A DNA stretch of 64,000 nt, taken from Macrostomum lignano. Lineage: Eukaryota. The notes under the pieces were generated by a model, which worked only from the letters and a program-made list of their open reading frames with translations, searched no databases and was not told the origin of the DNA. A program made the position numbers and the translations under genes. This document shows positions 27,690-49,700 of this stretch, piece by piece. How positions within the stretch are numbered: the first letter of the stretch is position 1; every line of letters starts with the position of its first letter. Location of the stretch: the NCBI GenBank assembly GCA_002269645.1, contig NIVC01002739.1, forward strand, positions 42,372 to 106,371, given 5' to 3'.

Positions 27690-28625
27690 GTGTTCATCAA
27701 AGGATCCGCCCCATCTTATCTGTGTTCATCAAAGGATCCGCCCCATCTTATCTGTGTTCATCAAAGGATCCGCCCCATCTTATCTGTGTTCATCAAAGGA
27801 TCCGCCCCATCTTATCTGTGTTCATCAAAGGAGCCCACACCCATCTTATCTGTGTTCATCAAAGGAGGCCACACCCATCTTATCTGTGTTCATCAAAGGA
27901 GCCCACACCCTTCTTATCTGTGTTCATCAAAGGAGGCCACACCCATCTTATCTGTGTTCATCAAAGGAGGCCACACCCATCTTATCTGTGTTCATCAAAG
28001 GAGGCCACACCCATCTTATCTGTGTTCATCAAAGGAGCCCACACCCATCTTATCTGTATTCATCAAAGGAGCCCACACCCATCTTATCTGTGTTCATCAA
28101 AGGAGCCCACACCCATCTTATCTGTGTTCATCAAAGGAGCCCACACCCATCTTATCTGTGTTCATCAAAGGAGCCCACACCCATATTATCTGTGTTCATC
28201 AAAGGAGGCCACACCCATCTTATCTGTGTTCATCAAAGGAGCCCACACCCATCTTATCTGTGTTCATCAAAGGAGGCCACACCCATCTTATCTGTGTTCA
28301 TCAAAGGAGCCCACACCCATCTTATCTGTGTTCATCAAAGGAGCCCACACCCATCTTATCTGTGTTCATCAAAGGAGGCCACACCCATCTTATCTGTGTT
28401 CATCAAAGGAGGCCACACCCATCTTATCTGTGTTCATCAAAGGAGGCCACACCCATCTTATCTGTGTTCATCAAAGGAGCCCACACCCATCTTATCTGTG
28501 TTCATCAAAGGAGGCCACACCCATCTTATCTGTGTTCATCAAAGGAGCCGCCCCATCTTATCTGTGTTCATCAAAGGAGCCGCCCCATCTTATTTGTGTT
28601 CATCAAAGGAGCCGCCCCATCTTTA
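27690..28625. repeat. 32/34-bp minisatellite
   Basis: CCCATCTTATCTGTGTTCATCAAAGGAGCCCACA. Confidence 0.95.
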
Positions 28626-28967
28626 TTCCGCCCATGCAGACCCAATCAACTCATCAAAGTTGCCGCCGAAACCGACATCAAATGAAATGAAATAAAAATA
28701 AAAAATCAATCGAAGCATCACACAAAGTTTCACTTAAAAATCGTTGTCTTACATGTCCGTGATGGCAAAATATTGATTAACCTTCAATTCAAAGTTACTA
28801 CTTCAACCTATTTATTCGTCGTTAAATAGACATATATCAGCGCGAGGCAAATATCAATTTTTGGAAACAAAGTCTTTGGGGGCGGAATCAAATTGAGAAG
28901 CAGTTCTATTTTTGCAATGTCTGTTCTCGGGCCTTTATGTTGCCACCTAAACACCGAAGACTTCATG

Positions 28968-29039
28968 TCCCTGATGGTCTAGCGGTTAGGATCCCTGGTT
29001 TTCACCCAGGTGGCCCGGGTTCGACTCCCGGTCAGGGAA
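28968..29039 (+). tRNA. trnE-TTC: tRNA-Glu(TTC)
   Basis: 72-nt cloverleaf TCCCTGA..TCAGGGA, anticodon arm CCTGG-TTTTCAC-CCAGG, T arm GGTTCGACTCC. Confidence 0.97.
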
Positions 29040-29044
29040 GTTAA

Positions 29045-29052
29045 TTTTTTTT
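29045..29052 (+). terminator. Pol III oligo-T terminator of tRNA-Glu
   Basis: T8 run starting 6 nt after the tRNA. Confidence 0.8.
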
Positions 29053-29539
29053 CGTCGATAAAAAAAATATTACTTATATAACTGCCACAGAATCAGGTGT
29101 AAAATAAATACATAATACATGTACTGCTTATATGCACTTTCTTTGACAAAGTTTATTTCGATAGTCAAGGCTAATAAAATTACATACAGTGATAGTGATA
29201 CAGTATGACATTAAATTAAAGTACATTCATATGCGAAGTTGAACAAATTAATATTACTGATCAATAAGCATTAGCCCTTATTTATACTGAACTTCAGAAT
29301 TGAAACAGTCAATATTTTGCACGACGCCTGCGTCGCGATGCTATTAGTAATTAAAATAAAATTCTCTAATTTAAGTAGCAAAAGTAGCATAGCTAGAATA
29401 CTACGGTAGTTTTTTTCGAAACGTAACAAAATTCACATCAATGGCCGTTTAAAGTGAATAAAATGAAATGAAAAACGAAGTAAAATTTAAAAGACTTCAA
29501 TCCGAAAAAAAGCTATTTGTACCTGTTCTACAACAGATG

Positions 29540-30115
29540 AGAGATCCCAGTCCATGAACAGGTGGTAGATCCCCAGTCCATGAACAGGTGGTATAGATCC
29601 CCAGTCCATGAACAGGTGGTATAGATCCCCAGTCCATGAACAGGTGGTATAGATCCCCAGTCCATGAACAGGTGGTATAGATCCCCAGTCCATGAACAGG
29701 TGGTAGATCCCCAGTCCATGAACAGGTGGTATAGATCCCCAGTCCATGAACAGGTGGTATAGATCCCCAGTCCATGAACAGGTGGTATAGATCCCCAGTC
29801 CATGAACAGGTGGTATAGATCCCCAGTCCATGAACAGGTGGTATAGATCCCCAGTCCATGAACAGGTGGTATAGATCCCCAGTCCATGAACAGGTGGTAT
29901 AGATCCCCAGTCCATGAACAGGTGGTATAGATCCCCAGTCCATGAACAGGTGGTATAGATCCCCAGTCCATGAACAGGTGGTATAGATCCCCAGTCCATG
30001 AACAGGTGGTATAGATCCCCAGTCCATGAACAGGTGGTATAGATCCCCAGTCCATGAACAGGTGGTATAGATCCCCAGTCCATGAACAGGTGAGATCCCA
30101 GTCCATATACAGGTC
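29540..30115. repeat. 28-bp minisatellite
   Basis: AGATCCCCAGTCCATGAACAGGTGGTAT, about 20 copies. Confidence 0.95.
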
Positions 30116-30318
30116 AGAGATCCCTGCACTACAAGTGACACTCTCAAAAATCCATGTTATACAGATCCTACACGTGACTCTTTGATAATTACAGTATGAT
30201 AACAAATGGTGTCATTCTCCATCTCAACATTCTGTCTTGAGCTGCTATAAATTTAATTACTTGTACCAATCAACAGGTAAGTACGCAACAATTTAAATAC
30301 CCTAAAACCAGTTAGCAG

Positions 30319-39632
<9,314 letters not shown>

Positions 39633-40063
39633 CTGGAAAACAAAATTTCGAAGACTTATTAAAGATGACATTATGAAGAAACGCTGGTATCGAAGCAGAA
39701 GCAAAAATATGCAAGTATTAATGGAAACGTCCTAAATAGTCGTAAAATTGTTGTGGAATTCCAAAACTTAAGTTGCGCTGTTTGCTTAGATACTTAGTAT
39801 AACAAAATTATTAAGACTTCTTAGTTAAAGTTTCTTAAATTGCTTGTCAAATCTCTAGGTATATAAGTAGTTTTTAACTATAGTTATTTCTATTGTAATA
39901 TGGAAAAAATTTCTACAAATATTGAGTATTTGCTCTTTTTAACTTCCAAGATTTTTAGGCAATTTATCTGATAACGGGCTTCATGTTGCAGAAATAGTGA
40001 CATTCCTGAATATTAAATAAATATTAAATTTACACAGACGCTCAGATATTAATATATTTGTAG
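39633..40063. promoter_or_regulatory. Putative bidirectional promoter/outron region between Tectonic and NPHP1; X-box-like GTTTGCTTAGATAC at 39780-39793
   Basis: 431-bp AT-rich spacer between two outward-facing splice acceptors; imperfect RFX X-box match. Confidence 0.5.
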
Positions 40064-40103
40064 ATTCTCGACCTTGTTGGAGGACACCAGATAAAAGCAG
40101 AAC

Positions 40104-43100
40104 ATGGGAGATTACGACGATTTAAAGAAAAGAATTGATACTTTTATTAAAGAGGTAAAGACCGTAAAGTGCTCATTTTATACATCTAATTAGTATAAGT
40201 TACGTAGAAACACAAGCATTCAGTCGATTGTATTAATTAGAAGTGAAAAAGAATGCACGTCATTTAATTCAGTGACTATTCTTTTTTATGTCTTCATTTC
40301 TATAGACAATGTGTCGTAATTTTTTTACTTGCAGTGAATTTAAAGCTTAGCAGTTTTAATGTATGTTAATACGTTGTTATGTTCTGCATGCTGCATGCAT
40401 TTTATTTTAATTTATGTTCATTGAATGTTTTTTAAATGTATTAAATTTTTATGTATTACTTGAAATAAAAACATCTTATGTATGTTTGTACGCAGTTTTG
40501 CTGTTAAACTGTTGTAGTAGGAGAGGAGAAAAAGGCCAGAATATTTATTTAGAAGCACTTAGCTAAAGTATATGTCATAGTGTCAATATTGATCTTTTAG
40601 TGTCCATGCAACCTTTTAGGTCAAAGGATTTGCTTCAGGCATTGCTGGAACAAGTACAGAAATCGAAAGCAACCAAAACAAGTAAGCTTCCAGTCAATTA
40701 GCAATAGAACTCTACATTTTTCTTTTATAAACTTGTCCACAGTTTTTAATCTAACCTTGCGATTGCTTTTCAGATATGCTGAACTTCGCACTCAACAAAA
40801 AGCCTTCATCAAAGAAGTCACGGAATTCCAGGTATTAGAATGCTTTTTTGTTAATCTTAAGTTCGAATTTTCTCTCAATTTTATCTACAATATCCTGATT
40901 GAATTTCAGCCGGCTAAGAAAATTTTCTTTTTGGATAAGAAAAAATCAAACTTGGTGAAGTCTCTTCAAGAGGAGCTGGTAAGTCAGCCAATGCTGCCTT
41001 TCTATAAATTCATAGTTTTGTTTTAACTAATGCGATAATTTTTGTTTATTCAGACAAAATCCAGCAAACTGATGGAGAAGCACAGTATCCCTGTTCCACC
41101 GGAGCCAGAAGAGGCTGAAGCTGAAGACAAAGAAGCAGACAACGCCGCGGAAACAACAGCGGAACCGAATGCGGAAGCAGCGGCACCGGCTACTCCGGCT
41201 TCAGCGCCGAATCCGGAAAATTCAGGAGCGGCTGCAGCTGCCGCGGCAGAAGAAGAGGAAGAAGAATACGATGAGGACGAAGAGGAAGAGGAATATGAAG
41301 AAGAAGAAGAAGCAGAAGAAGATCCAGCAGATTCTGCAACAAAACTAAAAAAAGAAGAGGATTCGCAGCAGAAGACCTCAAGCGGCGATGAAACGGCGCC
41401 AAAACCGACGCCAAGACAGGCGGCACCGGCGCCGAGAAAAACAGACGAAGAGTATGATCAACCGGATCATGTGGCTGCAGAAGCAGAAGCTGGAGACAAC
41501 GAAGAAGAAGAAGAGGAGGAAGAAGAAGAGGAAGAAGAAGAGGAAGAAGACGATATGCGCTCGCTGGCATCGGACGAGCCGAATCTCTACGAAGTTCTGC
41601 ACGCCTACACTGGCCAGGAGTCCGACATGCTGACCATAGTGCCCGGCGAACAGCTACTGGTGCTGCGCGTTGGGTGAGTCCGGGGAGTTCCAAATATTAA
41701 AATCTGGTATTGTACTTAGAATCTGGATTGGGGGTGATGGACCACCTGACCACCTCTCACTCTACAAGAACCTGGCGCCTTCCACCTCTCAACCATGGAA
41801 GAACTTGGCGCCTTCCACTTCTCAACCATTGAAGAACTTCGCGCCTTCCACATCTCACCCTAGGTGTCTTCCACGTCAAGAAGAACTGGCCACCCAATTC
41901 CAATTTTTCAGAGATGACGGCTGGTGGTTAGCCAAGAACAGTCGAGGCCACGAAGGCTTAGTACCGTCCAATCTGCTCAAAGTGGTTGACGAGTCCGAGT
42001 CTGGAGAAGAAATTGATGGAGCTGGCGAATCCGAAGAGGACAGCGAATACGAGGATACAGAGAGGCCTGCTGGGACTGCTGATGCAGCTGCTGAGCAGCA
42101 AGAGGCAAGTTGATCAATGCTGCGTATTCCACATGCGAATTGATTTTGTTTCCTCTTTAAAAAATACAAATGGAAGAGGCCACTGTGATGTGATATCGGA
42201 GCTTTAAACTGAGATTAATGGGGTGCCCGCTTCAGCACACAGTGGCTCCCACCACTTCAGCACACAGTGGCTCCCACCACTTCAGCACAAAGTGGCGCCC
42301 ACCGCTTCAGCACACAGTGGCTCCCACCACTTCAGCACACAGTGGCGCGTCCCTACTTATCACATTCTTCCCACTTTATTCTTGGCAACTAATTCTGAAA
42401 TAAAATCAACCGAAAAAATGCAGCGAGATTCCTGGATGGAGGACAGTGACGACTCGCTATACTCTGACAGCTCAATGTCAGATGGCAGCACTCAGCCAGC
42501 AAACCAAATGCTGCCAATATTCGAGGTATTGCTCAATTTAGTAGGACTTTCTTCAAATCTACAGATTTGTAGACTCAAATCATTTCATTATTGATGCATT
42601 GCGGATCCAGTGCTGAATTATTGTTTTTGCTGATTGTGAGCTCGATTTTTTGATTAAATTTCTTTTAACGATCAATTCGATTTTGTTATCAAAGTAGCCA
42701 AATAACTGGCCAAATTAAATTAAGGTTTGAGACACGATGATCGACAATCACACCCGCGAAGGGCCAACCTCCAAAGGCGCACAGAGTGTACATGTCCTGA
42801 CGATTAGAAGGTCACGGCCGCTGTACACTCTGTGTGAGCGTGTGCGATTGCCCACGAGTCAGCGAAATCAGCGCGATAGAGAAACTTGAGACAGATCAGA
42901 CAATAAACTAGTTTATTTCAAAGCGCAGAAAATTTACTTTTGTCTATAATAATTAGAGTTGTCAATTCAATTTCATTCTTCCAGCGTTCGGTTAGCCAGA
43001 GCAGCCACCTGCTGTCGGGACTTCCATCGGGATTTCGGAACAGCACCCTGGCGAAATGGTTCTACGAAGGTGAGCAGCCACCTGGGTGCCCGTTTGACTT

Positions 43101-43192
43101 CCTGTGCTGCATGGTTGTGATGATTTTTATGTGCCTTTTTAAGGTGAATAGACAGACTGGTGCTTAAACAGACAGACACAAGACACAGACAG

Positions 43193-43255
<63 letters not shown>

Positions 43256-43316
43256 CTAAGACAGACAGACACTAAGACACTAAGACAGACAGACAGACAG
43301 ACTGACTGACAGACAC

Positions 43317-43347
<31 letters not shown>

Positions 43348-43362
43348 CACAGACAGACAGAC

Positions 43363-43407
<45 letters not shown>

Positions 43408-43410
43408 CTA

Positions 43411-43442
<32 letters not shown>

Positions 43443-43456
43443 TGACTGACAGACAC

Positions 43457-43551
<95 letters not shown>

Positions 43552-43610
43552 CACAGACAGACAGACAGATAGACAGACAGACAGACAGACAGACACTAAG
43601 ACAGACACTA

Positions 43611-43641
<31 letters not shown>

Positions 43642-43654
43642 TAGATAGATAGAA

Positions 43655-43710
<56 letters not shown>

Positions 43711-46700
43711 GTCAGACAGCCAGACTGCAGGCATACAGACAGACAGACACACCAAATTCATGAAATACCGATATTTACCGAAATTTCAGTCTCTGCTCAA
43801 ATGCATGAAATTTGCTTGAATCATTCAGTAAGTCTATCGTACCATACTCTTACTAAAATGCTGAAGTGTTTAGCGTCGCTACGCCGTGTAGCTGACATGG
43901 GATAATCTCAGCGCTTATAAAATGTTTATAAAATCGGCCCTGTTGTTGTCCATGGTTCCTGCTGTCCATGGCCGTCAAAAAGTTCTAAGAAACCTGTTCA
44001 TAGACCGTAAAGTGCTTTACGAGTACTAGTTTCAATCATTCGTTGATTCTAAATGACTCCGCACCAGGTTCCCACGGTCTGTCTGCTCACCTGACTCCGA
44101 AACTGTCGCGCAGTTGCCTTGGTTACAGAGATTTACTAACCAACCCAACAAGTCTTCAGGTATATTGTCGCGTTTCCCAATGTCTTTGAAGATACGCTCG
44201 TAATTTCGCATGGCTGCCATAATCCCGGATTCCTTTAGCGACGCGTTTGTCACTTTTGCACCTTAATGACTAACTTAGCGATATGTACATGATTGTAGCC
44301 GGTGGTAAATATGGGTTAACCTTAGTGCACAACTGTAGCTATATTTTTTTAAGAATTAGCTCGTAATCCATTAATTTGTTAATAATTGGTAATCGTACAA
44401 AATTATTAAATAATGCAACCTAAAAACATAACTTGTGTCTCTCTTTTATAAAAATTGTTTTCTTAGAAATTCACTAAATTCCCGGCCTGTAGAAAATTGT
44501 TTAATTGCTTAAAATTCTTTAATCTTAAAATCAAGCAATTTTTTAGACCTATAAGTTTCAATGGTCGTGTTTTGGCTTTTTGTAGCTAATTAACATTTAT
44601 TGTGCTTATTGACTATGCAGCATGTTGAGCTCAAATGCGCTAATTAACATAAAAACTATCTTTATTTATTTTCAATTGACCTTAACAAATTAAAAAATTG
44701 TTAGTTAAAAGACTTTAAAAAATAACATCCTTTAATTACATTCGAATTAACATTCGTTACTTTTAATTAAATGACTTTACAATAATAAATGAATTACAAT
44801 TGCAGGTGCAGGTCAATTCAGCTTAGCTGGCAGCTTGCAGCCAAAACTGGCTCCATCCTGTGCTGCAATGCAGGACGGATGGTGCGCTGCCGCTCAGGTA
44901 CTGACTGGCATTGGCAGCAGCGCGTCTCACACGGATATAATACATATTAGTCAACCTGTAGATTTGTTCCCGCGGTTTGGTTAGCAGTTGAAAACAGAGA
45001 GGTTAATTAACTAATCACTTAAAGTTTTTGTCTGGTGTTTTAAAAGTTAATAACAAAAAATATACCTAGTGCTTTAGCAAAATGGCAAAAAGCTAAAACA
45101 TTTAAACAAAACAGCAAAATTTTTACCGGAAACTTCAACTTTAACTAATAGCTAGTAAAATTTTATTAATATCTTTATCTTTTCATCAGTATATTATAGT
45201 GTTCGAATTTTCTGGAAATATTTTTGAAGGCTGAAATTTATTACGTCGTTAGAATGCATTTTAACTAGTATATTAGCTACATGTAAGTCTTCTAAACAGA
45301 AGTTTGTAATCGTCACTTAGGTTGCGAATATTATTGACTAATTAAAAAAATTTAGGATAACTCAAATTTAAACTCTAAACTTTAAACTTCAACTTTAATT
45401 CAGTGAACTCTTAATTAGCTACCTCTAAAATGTTTACTAATGAATTTCCTTGAAAGCACGTCAAAGTAATTTCTAGGCTTCCTCTAAAACAAAAATGGCT
45501 TAAACTTTCAAATTCCTTTTCAAGTAGTTGAGGTTAGATAGTTAGTTGAAACTAAATTGCATCCCTAGTTTTCCTTTGTCTTAGTGGGTGGCGGTTTTAC
45601 TCAAGTATTTTTAAGAATTTTAATTTTAAGTTCAGCTAACAATTCTTTTCCCCATGAAGTTAGCAAAACCTTATTTTGCATATGCGTAATTTAAATATAT
45701 TTCATTCATTGTATCATACAAGTAAATAAATTTGTGAAGCCAAAAACCTAACTAACTATTAATCGTTTTGCTGTTATACTACTACTCGTGAGTAGCAATT
45801 ATGTTAAAAAATATATTTTAACCTTTTTCTAATTTCAGCTAAAATTTCAATAACCAACTAACAAATTAATTGAGTGATTATGTGCAGATATATACAAAAT
45901 CATAAATATGCTAACAACAACGATGCCAGTGTTATTGGAAAAATCTGCTTGAATTTGTTTTATTTCACTCTCTATGACAAAATCTATTACGATATACAAA
46001 AATATAGCTAAGTTTTCCAAATAAAAAAATAGTTATTTTTAATAAAAATTCATAAGAAGATGAAACTAAGAGAAAGACTTTACAGTTTACTTTATAATTT
46101 CCAACCTAAATTTAAATCCGTTTCCTAATTTATTCCAACTAAATAAAGACAGCCGCGCATTCACCGTTACTGTTTTACTCGTTAACTAATCAATGAAGTG
46201 CACTGCTAGTAGCCCAACTGCCGCCCACCCGTAGGTGCGTCCAGTTCCGTCGCGTATTGAAAAATTGTTGCACCTGCAAAAGTGCACCCTGATGCCAGCC
46301 GACCTGCGTGAGTTCGAATCTTATTTCTCAACTGGGTGAAGGATCAATGATTCGGTGTGGGATTGATAGAAACTGTTGGGGGGATTCAATATTTGCGTGT
46401 CAGAAGATTAGATCGAAAGAATAGCGTGAGAAGATGGGATCAAATATTCTAGCATGGGGAGATGGGATCAAAGATTCTAGCGTGAAGAGATGGGATCAAA
46501 TATTATAGCGTGAGGAGATGGGATCATAGATTCTAGCGTGAGGAGATGGGATCAAATATTATAGCGTGAGGAGATGGGATCAAATATTCTAGCGTGAGGA
46601 GATGGGATCAAATATTATAGCGTGAGGAGATGGGATCAAATATTATAGCGTGAAGAGATGGGATCAAATATTATAGCGTGAGGAGATGGGATCATAGATT

Positions 46701-49700
46701 CTAGCGTGAGGAGATGGGATCAAATATTATAGCGTGAGGAGATGGGATCAAATATTATAGCGTGAAGAGATGGGATCAAATATTATAGCGTGAAGAGATG
46801 GGATCAAATATTATAGCGTGAAGAGATGGGATCAAATATTATAGCGTGAGGAGATGGGATCATAGATTCTAGCGTGAGGAGATGGGATCAAATATTATAG
46901 GTGAGGAGATGGGATCAAATATTATAGCGTGAGGAGATGGGATCAAAAATTATGGCGTGAGGAGATGGGATCAAATATTATAGCGTGAAAGTGGGATCAA
47001 AGATAGCATGAGTATGGAGTCACTCTCAAGGCAAGGCAAGGTGAACGAAATGAAAATGAGACGAGGTACATCATGTACTTCGGTACGCACATCGCTGGCC
47101 ACATCTGCAGCCGTAACCGTGTTGGATCGTTTCGTTCGACTCTGCTTATTCGACGGCAAAGGCCCCGTGTCCAACGTGCTCACTATTCGAGCCGTGCCAG
47201 CCAGCAGAAACGACGACAGAGTCTGGAATTTTGCCAGCCGTCTGGGCGACTCAACTCCCGGATTGGAGTTTGGAGAGCTGTACCTCAGGTACAACTACGG
47301 TCCGAATCATGTCTGCCTCCTGCTTGAGGCCACCATCGTCTGCCCTGAGACCGCAACTTCGGGACAGCAGGTGCGCTGTCCTTGTTAGTTTGTTATTTTA
47401 GAAGGCCGGGGGGTTGTGTGCATTCCACCAATTCCCATGAGCAGGCACACAAGCGCAAGGATACGTACACGGTCATACGCACAGGTACATACTCACACAG
47501 GAGTGTACAGCGGGGTATGTACACTTCACTGTGCCTTCGGAGGGGATGGCTCTCAAGGGCGTTAACTAAACAAGCAGTGCCAAGCCGAGATTCCAATTCA
47601 GCCCCAAATTAATGTGACTGCACTTGGAATCGAGCCTGCAGGGCCGCTGACACACCAGATCGAGGTTCGCCCGACTGAGCCTCTCAATTCACTCTCTCAC
47701 TGAAATGGGACGAATAATCAATCAATTTTATTCACCATTCATTCCTTTTCAGCCAACTGGAAATGAGAAACTCGTCGAACTGAGCATTGGTCACGTGACA
47801 GTTCCTCTATTCGACGATAACGGCGCTCCTTTGCCGCCAAAGTAAGTGAATTAATATGATCCCTTTAAAATTTGAAGTTTTTCACTGTATTTTTCACTAG
47901 TGATTAAATAAATTTGATTTAGAATTAGATTGCACTGCTCTTATGCGGATATTGCAGGCAGAACTGCGCTCCTCCAATTGACAGTGCAGTGGCTCATTTC
48001 AGCAGGTACTGCAGTTTGTCGAAGGAAGACATCAATTGGGATTAAAATTTCACTTTAGGATGATGCATTTAGTGGGTTTCTTAAACAAGTCTAAGGATAA
48101 AAGTGCAAGCATTCGTTTATTTTGAAATAAACACACAGAAAGTAGTCCGTCGAACCTCCAATCCATATGAGCGTATAGTTCAAATGACGGCTTTTTAAAT
48201 GCTTGCATTTTTTTCATAACTTTGAAGAATTGTCTAAATTATCAAGTAAAATCGGTTTCAAGATTTTGTCTATTGCTTAAGCATCTTTCAATGTCGCTAT
48301 CTAGCTGCATGGTATTAAACAATTGGGTTGAAAAAGTAAACTCGTTCGAATTTAAACTCTAAAATTATAGCTAAATTTTTAGAACGCCACAAAACGCTTC
48401 TCTTGGTGAATGCATGCAAGTAGAATAATATTGATCATCATATTTGAAAATTTGCATCATTTTTTGGCTTCATTGACATGAGGAGTTTGTGAATAAATGT
48501 GTACTTTTAATCTATCGCCTGTCATTGACTTACTAATGACACGAAATGTCATGTACATGTACCTGCCTTGTATCGTTGACGCCTACAGTAGTTAAAACAA
48601 AATCAATAGTGGAGCCAAAGTGAACATGGCGAATAGCACTACTGAAAGTGTCAAAACATCAGTAGAATTTTTACAATACTTTTACTTCTATGAGTTTATT
48701 ATTTACTTTATACAGGTCGCTCGATTTACAATTGGAGGGCGGAACGCCGTTTGAACATCAGGTTGAAGTTGACTCAAATTTGAGCAAACCTGGAGGTAAT
48801 AATAGTACGATATTACGCTCGTACTATTGAAATATTTACCAATTAATATATTTTTGTATTAAAACAAGTAGCTTATTGTTGCTAGATTTACTTTTATTTA
48901 TAGCCGTTTTCTCTAGTTTACTTGTAATTTTTTTTGTTAAATGACGTGAAAATATAAATTCATCTACGTTTTGTTTAAGAGCAGTCAAGTATAATTACAC
49001 CATTTTAAACAAACACACGGCACTTTTCAGTTTCCAACAGGCGTCAATCCCTTTGGGACGCGCTGGAGTCCAGTTTTAGCGGTAGAACTTTGAAAAAAAC
49101 AAGAAAAAATCTACTTTTTTTGCTTAAAGCTGAAAAATGTGAAGTTTCTTTCAGATTTTCTATTGCAATTTTTCGCGCAATAATAATTACAAAAATATTT
49201 TAAATAATCATTGATTTATATTGAATCATTTTTATTAAAATTAGACTTATCTAAATTAACAAAATTAAAGCGTCAATTTTGCTCCGACTGCTGTAGTTTA
49301 AGTAGTATAAGATGCAAAATTAATTGTCCTTAATTAAATTTATTTTTCCTATTACTTTTACAGCGAACCAATCAACGGGTGGTTTGTTCAGAGGCTCGCA
49401 GCAGAACAAACAGCCAAGAATTCATTTGAAATTCACCATGCCAAATCGAGAAGTGAAGGAGTTCATGGAGTGAGTATCGAGCTCATTTTCGTATTTTTTA
49501 TTCTGGTTTACAGTCTATACCTAAATCTAAACTTACTTTAACTAATTTTGATAAGCGCAAGTCAATCATGGAGCATCATCTAAGATACCTTCTTGGTGCC
49601 TCATTACTAACTTTGGCGCAACATTTCACATGTTAGCGCCTCATCTCTTATCTTGGCACCTAATTTCTCATCTTGGCGCCTTATCTCTCATCTTGGCGCC

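Noticed and set aside
27608-30205. Long repetitive ORFs; CRISPR-like appearance of the 28-34-bp arrays
   Set aside because: Pure tandem units with no unique spacers, no cas genes and a eukaryotic context
42790-42890. Hammerhead ribozyme (CTGACGA ... CGAAA)
   Set aside because: No stem II or III can be formed around the core motifs
49041-49081. Extra NPHP1 exon
   Set aside because: 41 nt, breaks the frame between two phase-1-compatible exons
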